Shown one piece after another: positions 49,109 through 59,064 of a stretch of 64,000 bases of DNA (its first letter is position 1; the number at the start of each line of letters is the position of its first letter). Made by a program: the position numbers and the translations under genes. The DNA is from Vulcanimicrobiota bacterium (GTDB taxonomy: Bacteria > Vulcanimicrobiota > Vulcanimicrobiia > Vulcanimicrobiales > Vulcanimicrobiaceae): positions 1 through 64,000 of the forward strand of contig CAWAXX010000014.1 in NCBI GenBank assembly GCA_963786105.1, read 5' to 3'. Under the pieces are notes generated by a model, which had not been told where the DNA came from, ran no database searches, and saw only the letters and a list, made by a program, of their open reading frames with translations.

Positions 49109-50212
49109 TGTCTTTGCGAGTTCCATCGGCGCTTGCGGCCGCCGTGTCCCTGGCCGCCTGTAGCGGCGCCTCCGTTCCCGCAACCGCGCCGCAAGCTCTC
49201 AGCCAGCGATCGGCGATCGACGGCACCGGTGGCGACGCCGCGCCGGGGTGCCGCACTCAAACGTGTATCTACGTCACCAATAACGCCTTCTACGGACACT
49301 ATCGCCAAGGCAATAAGGTGCTCGTCTTTCCTCGCGACGCCGACGGAAACGTCGCGCCGATCGCCAAAATCGAAGGCACGGCTACCGGCTTGAAATATCC
49401 TCGTGCGATTGCCCTAGATCGCGGGCGAAAAGTGTACGTCTCGAAATTTCACGCCGTCCGAAAGCGGCAGCAACGTCACCGTTTACGGCGCCGGCGCGAC
49501 CGGCAACGCCTCGCCTCTCCAAAATATAACCGGCGCGAGCACCGGCCTCTACGCCCCTACGTCGGTGTCGGTCGATGCGGACGCCAACATCTACGTTACC
49601 GACATGTACGGCGTCGCGTCCGGCTGCTCTAATCCGACGCAGGGATGCTGGGACATCAACGTCTACGCTGCCGGCTCGAACGGCAACGTTGCGCCCGTCC
49701 GGAGCATCCGCGGGCAATCGACGAAACTCTACTACGTCTACGGTTCCGCGGTCGATGCCGGCGGCAACGTGTACGTCGCCAACGGCTATCATTCCGGCTG
49801 CTGCATTACCGTGTACGCACCCGGCGCTACGGGCGACGTCAAACCCATCAGGAACATCAGCGGGGCGAAAACGCAGCTGGCCGTACCGGTTGGACTCGCT
49901 CTGGACGCGCGCGGCGACATCTACGTCTTGAACGCGGAGGGAAGCCCCACCCGCAGCGTGACCGTGTATGCCGCCGGAGCGAACGGGAACGTCAAGCCCA
50001 TTCGCGCGATCGTCGGTCAAAAGACGGGATTGTACGCCGCCCCCGACGCCTTAGCCGTTGACGGGAGCGGGCGGGTATACGTGCTTCAGTCGGGGGCTGC
50101 CAATTCGATTGCGGTTTTCGCGGCCGGCGCTAACGGCAACGTCGCGCCGGTTCGCGTGATCCAAGGGAACAAGACCGGGATGACGAGTCCCTGGGGCATC
50201 GCCGTTCGTTAG
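49108..50212 (+). CDS. Lipoprotein with six NHL-like repeats; frameshift near 49455
   Basis: MSLRVPSALAAAVSLAAC; 6 x (VYA.GA.GNV.P.R.I.G..T.L..P..+A+D..G.+YV). Confidence 0.82.
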
Positions 50213-50219
50213 GAGTTAT

Positions 50220-50633
50220 ATGCCACGATTTTTGCATACGTCTATCTTCGTCAACGACATGAACGAGTCGATCGATTTTTACACCGACAAGCTCGGGCTA
50301 AAACTGCTCGACGGACCGCGTCACTATCCCGGCAACTGCGACATGGCATTCGTCGGCACCGATTGGAATGCGTACGTCGAGCTGGTGTACGATCTCGAAG
50401 AACATCCGCCCTACGAGATCGGCAATCGTTACGAGCATCTCGCGCTGGAAGCCGACGGCGATCTGGGAGAATACGTCGATGGCCTGAAGAAAAAAGGCGT
50501 AAAGATTCTCAAAGACGTGTATAAGTCTCCGGGCGGAACCCGCGCAATTGCCTTCGTCGAAGATCCCAACGGCATCCCGGTGGAGCTGTTGGAACCCCGG
50601 ACACACGCAAGCCGCGCCGTCAGCGGTAGATAA
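50220..50633 (+). CDS. VOC family protein (lactoylglutathione lyase-like)
   Basis: AGGAG RBS; FLHT, SIDFY..LGL, ELVY, HLAL, AFVEDPNGIPVEL. Confidence 0.9.
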   Translation: MPRFLHTSIFVNDMNESIDFYTDKLGLKLLDGPRHYPGNCDMAFVGTDWNAYVELVYDLEEHPPYEIGNRYEHLALEADGDLGEYVDGLKKKGVKILKDVYKSPGGTRAIAFVEDPNGIPVELLEPRTHASRAVSGR

Positions 50634-51744
50634 ACGGATCGGCGGGCGGAGCGATCCGCTCGATGCTGCCGACGACGAGCCGCGGGTCGCCGGCGTGAAC
50701 GTCGATAGCTCCGCCGGCGCGCAACCACGTGCCGGCGGGAAATGGTGGCGGCTGCGCGAGCCGCACGGCCACCGGAGCCGCGTCGGCGCGGCAGCACGTA
50801 ATCGCGTAGCGCACCAAAGCGGCGTCATTCGCATGACGCACCAGCGTGCCGGTGAACGTCAGGCGATCTCCTGGAAAGAGGTCGCTTAGCGTCGTTTCCG
50901 TCGCGCGATACGCCGGCGGTGGCGCCGCGACGAGCGCGCCGAGCAGCATGAGTGCGGGAGCCAGCCGCGCCCGAGCGTCGCGTCGTGAGCGGTGAATCGA
51001 CGCGAGAACGAGCGCGACGACGCCGCACGCGAGCAACGCGCCGGCGATGGCCGGGTGCACTAAAGCGCCGCCGTGCCGCCAACCGACGATGCCGAGCGCA
51101 CACGCGAGCAAAACGTACGCTAAAACGTCGTGCATTGGCGCGTGATGCGTTCGGCGCGAAACGACCGTACGCAGGTCGGCGATTCCGGCGATGCAGAGAA
51201 ACGCCGCCGCGGCCAGCGGCGCCCGCCCGTGCAGTGCGCCGGCCACGCCGATCGCGCCAATTCCGCACGGCGCGGTCGCGAAGCCGAACAGCGCGCCGCC
51301 GAAAATCTGCACGGATGGCGCCAATCGTCGCAGGTCGGCCAACATTGCCAACTGCGTCACCGCGCCGGCGATCGCCGCCGCGGGCACGATGGCGGCCAGT
51401 TCGTCGAGCAGTTCGGGACTCTCGTGCGGAGTTTTGACGCCCGCGAATCGAGCGACGACGACCGCTGCGAGGAAACGTGCGATCGCAACGAGTGGGCCAA
51501 AAACGAGCCAGGCGGCTGCCGTCGCCGGCAACGATCGCTCGGATGGACCGGCTCCTCAGCCGCACCCGAGATACGCCGTCACGTGCCGGCACCGTATGAT
51601 TCGCGCCACGGCGACGCCCGCCAGTAAGAACGGCGTCGCTTCAAAGAGCGAGCTCGCCGACGTCGCCAGTGCGGAACGCAGCGTGTCCGGTGACGAAAAC
51701 ATTGCGACCGCGACGGCGGCTGCGACAAAGAGCGTAACGCGCAT
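50620..51744 (-). CDS. Permease (DUF318/YcgR-like) fused to a DUF1980/YcgQ-like domain, with in-frame TGA at codon 63
   Basis: EATPFLLAGV; GCG(TGA)G; APCG; C-terminal RYAITCCRADA...W...G...PFIY; ORFs 51556-52185 and 50620-51531 are in the same frame, separated only by TGA 51558-51556 and eight sense codons. Confidence 0.75.
51505..51554 (-). promoter_or_regulatory. Candidate bacterial SECIS-like hairpin downstream of the in-frame UGA
   Basis: GUUGCCG-GCGA-CGGCAGC stem-loop whose loop begins 30 nt after the UGA with G; outer pairing GAGCCGG/CUGGCUC. Confidence 0.35.
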
Positions 51745-51828
51745 GCCGGCCAATCCCGGCCAGCGGCGATCGTCGCAATCGCGGCTGCACGTCCGGGAAC
51801 CCCCGCGGCGTCCGCGAAGTTCCGCTCC

Positions 51829-52104
51829 ATGCAGCGAATTGCCGCAAAGAGCGGCAGAGCATTCGAAGCGGTGGTCTGGATCGTGGCGGCAATCGCGGCG
51901 TGCTATCTGATCGCCGGCGCGTATTACGGGTATCTGGTGGGTCGCACGATGCACGAGGCCAAGGCCTCGAATCCAATGATCGCCATGGTTGCCGGCGCGG
52001 TCGGCCGCCATGCGTCCGAACAGTTTGCAATCGTCAGATTGAACGTGCCGGACTACATCGTTAAGGCCCCGACCTTCTGGGTCGTGCTGCGCATGAACGA
52101 GTGA
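51829..52104 (+). CDS. Small membrane hypothetical protein
   Basis: One hydrophobic helix; stop overlaps the hisS start (GTGA). Confidence 0.6.
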   Translation: MQRIAAKSGRAFEAVVWIVAAIAACYLIAGAYYGYLVGRTMHEAKASNPMIAMVAGAVGRHASEQFAIVRLNVPDYIVKAPTFWVVLRMNE

Positions 52105-53375
52105 TGCCGGCAAAATATACGGCACCGCGCGGAACGCAAGATTTCTATCCGCCCGACTCGGTGCGCTGGAACGCGCTCGAAGCACGCATCCGCACCTTGG
52201 CCGAGCGATTCGGCTACGGAGAAGTCCGCACGCCGCTGTTTGAGTCGACCGAGCTCTTCGTGCGAGGCGTCGGCGATACGACGGATATCGTCGAAAAAGA
52301 GATGTACCGGTTCAAGGATCGGGGCGATCGCGATATGGCCTTGCGTCCCGAATGGACCGCTCCGGTGGTGCGCGCCGCGCTCGAACACCATCTCTTCGCG
52401 CAGGGTCCCTTGCGGTTGTACTACATCGGGCCGATCTTTCGATACGAACGTCCGCAAAAGGGCCGTTACCGCCAGTCGCATCAGTTCGGCGTCGAATGCT
52501 TCGGATTTGCCGGGCCGGAAGCCGATTTGGAAGCGATCGCCCTGGCTTGGGAGCTGACGCGTGATTACGGCATCGACGATGCGGTGCTCAACGTCAATTC
52601 GCTGGGCGACGACGCGTGCCGCCCGCGCTACCGCGAGGCGCTTCTCGAACATTTTCGCCCGAATCTGGCAAAGTTGAGCGAGGATTCGCGCCGTCGGCTG
52701 GAACGCAATCCAATGCGGTTGCTCGACAGCAAAGATCCCGCCGACCTGCCCTACGTCGAAAGCGCGCCGACCTTGGAATCGACGCTGTGCGACGCGTGCC
52801 GCGAACACTTCGAGGCGCTCAAAGCGTATTTGGATCTCGCCGGGATCCCGTTCGTCGTGAATCCGCGCATCGTACGCGGCCTCGATTACTACAACCGAAC
52901 CGTGTTCGAAATTACGTCGAACGTGCTGGGCGCGCAGAGCGCCGTTTGCGGCGGCGGCCGCTACGACGGATTGGTACGCTCGCTGGGAGGGCCGGACGTT
53001 CCGGCCGTCGGCTTCGCACTCGGGTTGGAACGGTTCTTGATGATGCTCGAGGCGATGGCACCCGCCGGCGACCCTGTGCGGCGAGGAGTTCAGGCGATCG
53101 CGCTGGGCGCGCAAGCCCGAGCCGCCCTCGTTCCGATCGTCGCCGAACTGCGGCGCCGCCTCGACGAACCGACGTTTATCGATTACGAAGAGCGTAAGCT
53201 GCTGGCTCATTTGAAGATCGCCGACCGCAATCGCGCGCGCTACGCGCTAATTCTCGGCTCGCAGGAGTTGGCCGCCGGCGAACTGGTGCTGCGCGATTTG
53301 GAGAACCGCACCGACCGCCGGCTGCCCATCGGCTCCGGAAAAGACGTTGCCGCGGCACTCGTAGAAGGCAGCTAA
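52101..53375 (+). CDS. hisS: Histidine--tRNA ligase
   Basis: APRGTQD, LRPEWTA, FRYERPQKGRYRQ, VRGLDYY, GGGRYD, GLER. Confidence 0.98.
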   Translation: MMPAKYTAPRGTQDFYPPDSVRWNALEARIRTLAERFGYGEVRTPLFESTELFVRGVGDTTDIVEKEMYRFKDRGDRDMALRPEWTAPVVRAALEHHLFAQGPLRLYYIGPIFRYERPQKGRYRQSHQFGVECFGFAGPEADLEAIALAWELTRDYGIDDAVLNVNSLGDDACRPRYREALLEHFRPNLAKLSEDSRRRLERNPMRLLDSKDPADLPYVESAPTLESTLCDACREHFEALKAYLDLAGIPFVVNPRIVRGLDYYNRTVFEITSNVLGAQSAVCGGGRYDGLVRSLGGPDVPAVGFALGLERFLMMLEAMAPAGDPVRRGVQAIALGAQARAALVPIVAELRRRLDEPTFIDYEERKLLAHLKIADRNRARYALILGSQELAAGELVLRDLENRTDRRLPIGSGKDVAAALVEGS

Positions 53376-53377
53376 CT

Positions 53378-53830
53378 ATGGATGAAGAGCCCGATCGCGA
53401 ACGGCAAATCCTCACCGATTTGCTCGCGCTTATGCACGAGCACGATCTCGATCGCCTTAAGATCAAGCTGGAGGACGCGGTCTACGAAATCGATCGGCGC
53501 GCTCCGGGACAGCCGCCGCTCGCCGCCGCGGCGCCCGGAACGGCCGCTGCCGGCGGCTCGGATTCCGAGCCGGCTGCCGCCGCCGGCGCCAACGTCAAGC
53601 GGGTGACCGCGCCGCTAACCGGCGTCTTTTACCGGTCGTCGTCACCGGATGCCGAGGCATTCGTCGACGTCGGCGATCGCGTTGAAAACGGCGACGTGCT
53701 GTGCATTCTCGAAGCGATGAAGCTTTTCAACGAAATTCAGAGCGACTACGCCGGAACGATCGCGCGAATTCTTCCCGAAAACGGCGAGCTGGTCTCGCAG
53801 GGTGCCGATCTCTTCTGGATCGAGCCGTAA
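53378..53830 (+). CDS. accB: Biotin carboxyl carrier protein
   Basis: AP..GVFYRS.SP, EAMKLFNEI biotinylation motif, Ala/Pro linker. Confidence 0.95.
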   Translation: MDEEPDRERQILTDLLALMHEHDLDRLKIKLEDAVYEIDRRAPGQPPLAAAAPGTAAAGGSDSEPAAAAGANVKRVTAPLTGVFYRSSSPDAEAFVDVGDRVENGDVLCILEAMKLFNEIQSDYAGTIARILPENGELVSQGADLFWIEP

Positions 53831-53841
53831 GAGGCGCGACG

Positions 53842-54435
53842 ATGACCGACGTCATGGGGAAGCGCGGCTTCGACGAGTTACTCACCGACCGGCGCGGCCT
53901 GCTCGAGGCGCCACACTACCGCGCGCAAGTCGAAGCCATCGCCGGCGCGATCGTGGATGCGTTGCGCGCGCAGAAGAAGGTTTTGTGGTGCGGCAACGGC
54001 GGCAGCGCGGCCGAGGCGCAGCACATGGCCGCCGAACTCTCGGGCCGGTTCTTGCGCGAACGGCCGGGACTCCACAGCGAAGCGCTGTCGGTCAACTCCT
54101 CGACGTTGACGTGCATCGGAAACGACTACGGATACGACCGCGTCTTCTCGCGTCAAGTCGAAGCCTTCGCTCATCCTGGCGATGTCGTGATAGGAATGAC
54201 GACCAGCGGCAGCTCACGCAACGTCGTGCTGGCGCTCGAAGCGGCCAAGAAGTGCCGCGCGGTAGCGGTGGCGTTCACCGGCAACGGCGGCGGTCGCGTT
54301 GCAGAGATCGCCGATCTAACGTTGATGGGCCCGGACGGTTACGCCGCCATCGTCCAAGAAGTTCACCAAGTCATGGCTCATATCGTATGCGATTTGGTGG
54401 AGCAGCGATTGATCTTCGAGGGTGGCCTTCACTAG
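53842..54435 (+). CDS. gmhA: Phosphoheptose isomerase
   Basis: CGNGGSAAEAQH, GNDYGYD..FSRQVEA, TTSGSS.NV, QEVH. Confidence 0.93.
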   Translation: MTDVMGKRGFDELLTDRRGLLEAPHYRAQVEAIAGAIVDALRAQKKVLWCGNGGSAAEAQHMAAELSGRFLRERPGLHSEALSVNSSTLTCIGNDYGYDRVFSRQVEAFAHPGDVVIGMTTSGSSRNVVLALEAAKKCRAVAVAFTGNGGGRVAEIADLTLMGPDGYAAIVQEVHQVMAHIVCDLVEQRLIFEGGLH

Positions 54436-54445
54436 TGCTGCGCTC

Positions 54446-55426
54446 ATGCCGGCGTTGAAGCCCGGCGTCGCGCGTGCGCTTCTAAAACGCATGCGCGAGC
54501 GTAAAATTCTCGTCGTCGGCGATCTGATGATCGACGAGTGGATTTGGGGAACGGTCACCCGCATTTCCCCCGAGGCGCCGGTGCCGGTGGTAGCCGTCAA
54601 CGCGCATTCGTTCACGCTCGGTGGAGCGGGGAACGTCGCGAACAACTTGCGCGCGCTCGATGCAAGGGTCTGGCTTGCCGGCACGGTCGGAGACGACGCC
54701 TTTGCCGAGCAGCTGCACTCGCTGCTGCGCGAACGGAAGGTCGACGGCCGGGGAGTCTTTGCACTCGCCGGCCGGCCGACGACGCGCAAAACGCGCGTCG
54801 TCGCGCATAACCAGCAAGTCGTGCGCGCCGATTGGGAAGCGGTTGCGCCGCCCACGTCGGCGGATCGCGAGCGCGTTGCCGCCTTCGTTCGGAGCCGGGC
54901 ACCGAAATGCGACGCGGTCATTTTTAGCGATTACGGAAAGGGCCTGCTGTCACGCGAAATCGTGGAGGCGTCTTTCGGATGTCCGCTCGTTCTGGCAGAT
55001 CCCAAACCGCAGAACATCGACCTCTTTGCCGGCGTCACGTGCATTGCGCCCAACGCCGCCGAGGCGGCAGCCGTCACCGGCATCTCCTTGTCGGACGATT
55101 CTGCGCTGGAAGCCGCCGGTCGCAGTTTGTTCGAGAGACTGCGATGCCAGTACGTCGTCATCACGCGCGGCGAGAGCGGAATAGCGTTGTTCGCCAAAAA
55201 AGGACGGCGGTTGCAAGTGCCGTCGGTGGCGCGCACGGTATACGACGTGAGCGGCGCGGGCGACACGGTCATCGCGACGCTGACGCTCGCGCTGGCCGCC
55301 GGCGCGCCCATCGAACAGGCCGTTGGGCTCGCCAACTTCGCTGCCGGCGCGGTCGTTGAGAAACTCGGGACCGCGACCGCCTCCGCCGGCGAGATTCTCG
55401 CGCTGGTCGATCACGCGCATGCCTGA
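54446..55426 (+). CDS. rfaE1: D-glycero-beta-D-manno-heptose-7-phosphate kinase (HldE kinase half)
   Basis: VGDLMIDE, RISPEAPVPVV, GGAGNVA, SDYGKG, DVSGAGDT. Confidence 0.93.
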   Translation: MPALKPGVARALLKRMRERKILVVGDLMIDEWIWGTVTRISPEAPVPVVAVNAHSFTLGGAGNVANNLRALDARVWLAGTVGDDAFAEQLHSLLRERKVDGRGVFALAGRPTTRKTRVVAHNQQVVRADWEAVAPPTSADRERVAAFVRSRAPKCDAVIFSDYGKGLLSREIVEASFGCPLVLADPKPQNIDLFAGVTCIAPNAAEAAAVTGISLSDDSALEAAGRSLFERLRCQYVVITRGESGIALFAKKGRRLQVPSVARTVYDVSGAGDTVIATLTLALAAGAPIEQAVGLANFAAGAVVEKLGTATASAGEILALVDHAHA

Positions 55427-55916
55427 ATTGTTCGGCCGGCTACTTGGCGTCGACGAAGCCGTCGAGTGGCGAGAAGCATTGCGCGCGGACGGGAAGACGG
55501 TCGTATTTACGAACGGATGTTTCGACGTACTGCACGCGGGGCACGTCGAGTATCTCAACTGGGCGCGCGAGCAAGGCGACGCGCTGATCGTCGGGTTGAA
55601 CGAAGACGCCTCGGTGCGCGCGATCAAGGGCGACGCGCGGCCGATCGTCCCGTTCGCTCAGCGCGCCGGCATTCTGCTGGCTTTGCGCAGCGTCGACGTG
55701 GTCGTCGGATTCGGCGAACGAACCCCGGAAGTGCTTCTCGATCGAATTCGACCCTCGGTTCACGTCAAGAGCGATCAATACGTCGCCGAGGAGCTTCCGG
55801 AACGAAGCGTCGTTCTCCAGCACGGCGGCCGGATCGTCCTCGCGCCGCACGTCGCGGGAATCAGCACCACCGATACGATCGCACGCATTCTGGATGCGTA
55901 TAGCCGTCACGGCTAA
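55419..55916 (+). CDS. rfaE2: D-glycero-beta-D-manno-heptose-1-phosphate adenylyltransferase
   Basis: FTNGCFDVLHAGHV, GLNED.SV..IKG..RP, STT. Confidence 0.93.
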   Translation: MPELFGRLLGVDEAVEWREALRADGKTVVFTNGCFDVLHAGHVEYLNWAREQGDALIVGLNEDASVRAIKGDARPIVPFAQRAGILLALRSVDVVVGFGERTPEVLLDRIRPSVHVKSDQYVAEELPERSVVLQHGGRIVLAPHVAGISTTDTIARILDAYSRHG

Positions 55917-57108
55917 CGGCCCCGGCGAAGTCGCCGGCTGGCTGCGCCCGTTGTTGCGCGCGATCTACGAGCGCGCTCCCAACGCACAAGCGCACGTTTT
56001 TTTGGTGCCCGACGACTATGCGACCGGTCATGAAGCGCCGACCGTGCGCGCGTTCTTTCCGCAGGCGTCGGTCTACGACCCGAAGACCTACCTGAAGTTT
56101 GCTTTAGGCCGCAGCGTGGCGGGCGTACCGGCCGGCGTCGACGTCGTGCAGTACATTGGCGGAGACTTGCTCCACGCCGCGCGGCTGCACGCCCGATTGA
56201 AAGGTAAAACGGCCACCTACAAATTCTCGCGCCGGCGCTATCGCTCGCTTTTCGACCGCGCGTTCGCGGTGGATGGCAAGAACGTCGAGCAACTCGAAGC
56301 CTGGGGTACGCCCAGTGGACGCATCCGGCGCGTCGGCAACCTGGTCGTGGACGGCGCGCTGCTCGAAGCGCAAGCTCCGCTGGAAGCGGGAACGCCCGAA
56401 GACGGCATCCTCATCATGCCGGGGTCGCGGGCATACGAAGTCGAGAATTTGATTCCGTTCTATTTTACGACCGCATTACGCATTCTACGCGAGCGTCCGG
56501 GCCTGCCGATCGCCTTCGGCATTTCGCCGTTCACCGCGCTCGCCGAGGTGCGCGCGGCGATCGAGCGGGGCGGCGATCCACGCGTCTTCGCGCAACGCGG
56601 CCGGCTGGTGACCGAAAACGAGCGCACGTATCTCGAGTCTCTCGAGGGAGACGTTCGCGTGCCGGTGTTGTTCAACGCGCTGGCGGCGGCCAAGCGCGCG
56701 CGTTTGGTGCTGACGATTCCGGGAACGAAGACGATCGAGCTGGCGGTGCTCGGCAAACCGGCGCTGACGATCACGCCGCTCAATGCGCCGGAAATCATTA
56801 CGATCAACGGTCCGCTGACCTATCTTCACCGCGTTCCGCTTATCGGCGTGCCGCTCAAACGGGCGGTGGCCGTCGGCGTGTCGCGCCGCTTCGAGTACCA
56901 CACCCAGCCGAATATGGACGCCGGCGATATGGTCGTGTGCGAGGTCCACGGCACGGTTACGCCGGGGCGGATCGCGCGCGTAGCGCTCGATCGTTACGAC
57001 GACCACGCCTGGATCGCGTCTGCCGGCGATCGGTTGGCCGGGTTATACCGCGACCACATCGGCGCGGCCAGTCGCATGGCTGAATCGCTGCTCGACCTGG
57101 CCGGGTAA
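55894..57108 (+). CDS. GT-B glycosyltransferase distantly related to lipid A disaccharide synthase/Kdo transferase
   Basis: NGPGE N-terminal motif, VGNL, MPGSR..E, PGT.T.ELA.LG.P and PN motifs resemble LpxB. Confidence 0.6.
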   Translation: MRIAVTANGPGEVAGWLRPLLRAIYERAPNAQAHVFLVPDDYATGHEAPTVRAFFPQASVYDPKTYLKFALGRSVAGVPAGVDVVQYIGGDLLHAARLHARLKGKTATYKFSRRRYRSLFDRAFAVDGKNVEQLEAWGTPSGRIRRVGNLVVDGALLEAQAPLEAGTPEDGILIMPGSRAYEVENLIPFYFTTALRILRERPGLPIAFGISPFTALAEVRAAIERGGDPRVFAQRGRLVTENERTYLESLEGDVRVPVLFNALAAAKRARLVLTIPGTKTIELAVLGKPALTITPLNAPEIITINGPLTYLHRVPLIGVPLKRAVAVGVSRRFEYHTQPNMDAGDMVVCEVHGTVTPGRIARVALDRYDDHAWIASAGDRLAGLYRDHIGAASRMAESLLDLAG

Positions 57109-58016
57109 TGGACACTGTGATGCCGGCCGTATCCGTCGTGATCGCCACCAAAGATCGCGCGCTCTTCCTCGACCGCGCGCTCGCATCGTTTGAAACGCAA
57201 ACCGGCGCGCCGCCTTTTGAGGTCATCGTAGCCGATAACGGATCGACCGATCAAACGCGCGATGTGGTCGAACGCCGGCGGGCGAGCTCGCGCTTTGCGA
57301 TAGAGTACGTCCACGAACCCGAGCCGAACCGAGGGAAGGCGCGCAACCGCGCCGTTGCATCGGCGCGCGCCGATCTGATCGCGTTTTGCGACGACGACGT
57401 TCAGGCGCCGCCCGGCTGGATTGCGGCCCACGCGGCCGCGCATGCGGGAGCGCCGGAGCAGATCGTTAACGGGCCGATTCTCAACGTCGCGTCGTACGAC
57501 GAGAAACCCAAACCGACGCTTGCAAACTTTTCGCGCGCGTCGCTCTGTACGTGCAACGCTTCGGTGCCGCGACGCGCGCTCGAAGCGGCCGGCGGATTCG
57601 ACGAATCGTTCGATCTGTACGGCTGGGAAGACAGCGAGCTCGGTATTCGCCTGCGCGACGCGGGCGTGGGTTGGAAGTTTGCCTGGGACGCGCCGATTTG
57701 GCACGTGAAGCCGCCCGAATACAATACGCTGGAGGTCGAGGCGCGCAAGGCGATCGAGAAGGCGCGGATGGCGCGCCGATTTCTCGACAAGCATCCGTCT
57801 AAACGGGCGAGGCTGGCCACCGGCGCCCACGCGTTCAACCTGATGCGCGCGCGCCTGCTGCCGGATCGCTGGCTGGCGCTACTAGCCGGCGTAGCATCCG
57901 ACGGCCGCGCTCCATCCTGGGTTAAATCGCTGGCACGCGCGCAGTTTCTCGACGCGACGTACGCGCGCGAACTGGCGGACGCCTTGACGAAAACGCGCGG
58001 GGATGCGGTGTCGTGA
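57108..58016 (+). CDS. GT2 glycosyltransferase
   Basis: SVVIAT.DR, DNGSTD, ARN, FCDDD, GGFDESF..YGWED.ELG.RL. Confidence 0.9.
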   Translation: MDTVMPAVSVVIATKDRALFLDRALASFETQTGAPPFEVIVADNGSTDQTRDVVERRRASSRFAIEYVHEPEPNRGKARNRAVASARADLIAFCDDDVQAPPGWIAAHAAAHAGAPEQIVNGPILNVASYDEKPKPTLANFSRASLCTCNASVPRRALEAAGGFDESFDLYGWEDSELGIRLRDAGVGWKFAWDAPIWHVKPPEYNTLEVEARKAIEKARMARRFLDKHPSKRARLATGAHAFNLMRARLLPDRWLALLAGVASDGRAPSWVKSLARAQFLDATYARELADALTKTRGDAVS

Positions 58017-59053
58017 GCCGGGCGCTGCTGTACTGCGCCGGCGGCGGCATCGGCGACTCACTGGTTGCCTCGGTGGTCGGGCGCGCGCTGCGCCAACGCT
58101 TTGCGACCGTCGATGCCCTCACGCTGCCCGGTCATCGCGAAACCTTGGAACGCGTCCCGGATTTGGACGCGGTGCTCGTCGACGACGGCGGCGACGAGCG
58201 CACGCTGGCCGCATCGCTCGCCGCCCGCCGGTACGACGCGTGCGTCGTCACGTGGGCGACCGCGCGCACCGCGCGCATACCGCAACTGGCCAAAATTCCG
58301 GTTCGAGTCGGCCAAGCACGGCGTCTCTACTCGCATCGGTTCACCAACCGGGTAGTCGTGCGCAGCGAGTTGGGCAACGTCACCTCGCACTGGTCGGATA
58401 TTCTTCTCGACTACGCTCGCGCCATCGGCTGTGACACGAGCGATCTCGCCTATGCTTTCGTGCCGACGCCCGAAGACGAGCGCGTCGCCGAGACGGTCGC
58501 CCGATCGGCCGGCCTGACGCCCAACGGCTCTTTAGGAAACTTCGTTATTCTCAACCCGTGCAACGCCATCGCATCGCGACGGGGACGTTGGCCGGTCGAA
58601 GGCTGGGCCGCGCTTGCGGCCGCGCTGCGCGAGCGGTTCGCATCGTCAATCCTGATCAGCGGCGGACCCGCCGACGTCTCGATCGTCGAAACGGTCTTGC
58701 GCACGGCGCGCGCGACGGATTCGCCCGCGTCCGGCGCGGGCGAGAGCATGACGTCCGTCGCCGGCAAACTGGGTATCGGCGCGTTCGGCGCTTTGGCTCG
58801 GCATGCGAAAGCGTTCGTGGGCATCACGACCGGATCGATGCACGTCGCCGCGGCAGTCGGCTGCCCGACCGTGGGAATCTTCCCGTTTCAAAGCGATTTT
58901 CCCGAACGCTGGGCGCCGCTCGGCGCGCGAACGGCGGTGGTGCGGCCGTCGTACCCGTGCCACCGCGGCGATACGAAGGAAGCGTGTCCGGACTACGCGT
59001 GCGTTGCCAATCTCGACGTTGCGCGCATCCTCGCGGCGGCCGATGCCGTCTGA
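58013..59053 (+). CDS. GT9 family (heptosyltransferase-like) protein
   Basis: GIGDSL, RWP...W, TGSMHVAAAVG.PTVG.F, RWAP, terminal Cys cluster. Confidence 0.9.
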   Translation: MSRALLYCAGGGIGDSLVASVVGRALRQRFATVDALTLPGHRETLERVPDLDAVLVDDGGDERTLAASLAARRYDACVVTWATARTARIPQLAKIPVRVGQARRLYSHRFTNRVVVRSELGNVTSHWSDILLDYARAIGCDTSDLAYAFVPTPEDERVAETVARSAGLTPNGSLGNFVILNPCNAIASRRGRWPVEGWAALAAALRERFASSILISGGPADVSIVETVLRTARATDSPASGAGESMTSVAGKLGIGAFGALARHAKAFVGITTGSMHVAAAVGCPTVGIFPFQSDFPERWAPLGARTAVVRPSYPCHRGDTKEACPDYACVANLDVARILAAADAV

Positions 59054-59064
59054 GCGACCGTAAC

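Noticed and set aside
47854..49632. 592-aa fusion of two repeat proteins
   Set aside because: An internal signal peptide/lipobox starts at ATG 49108, overlapping a TGA; an indel near 49078 explains the merge.
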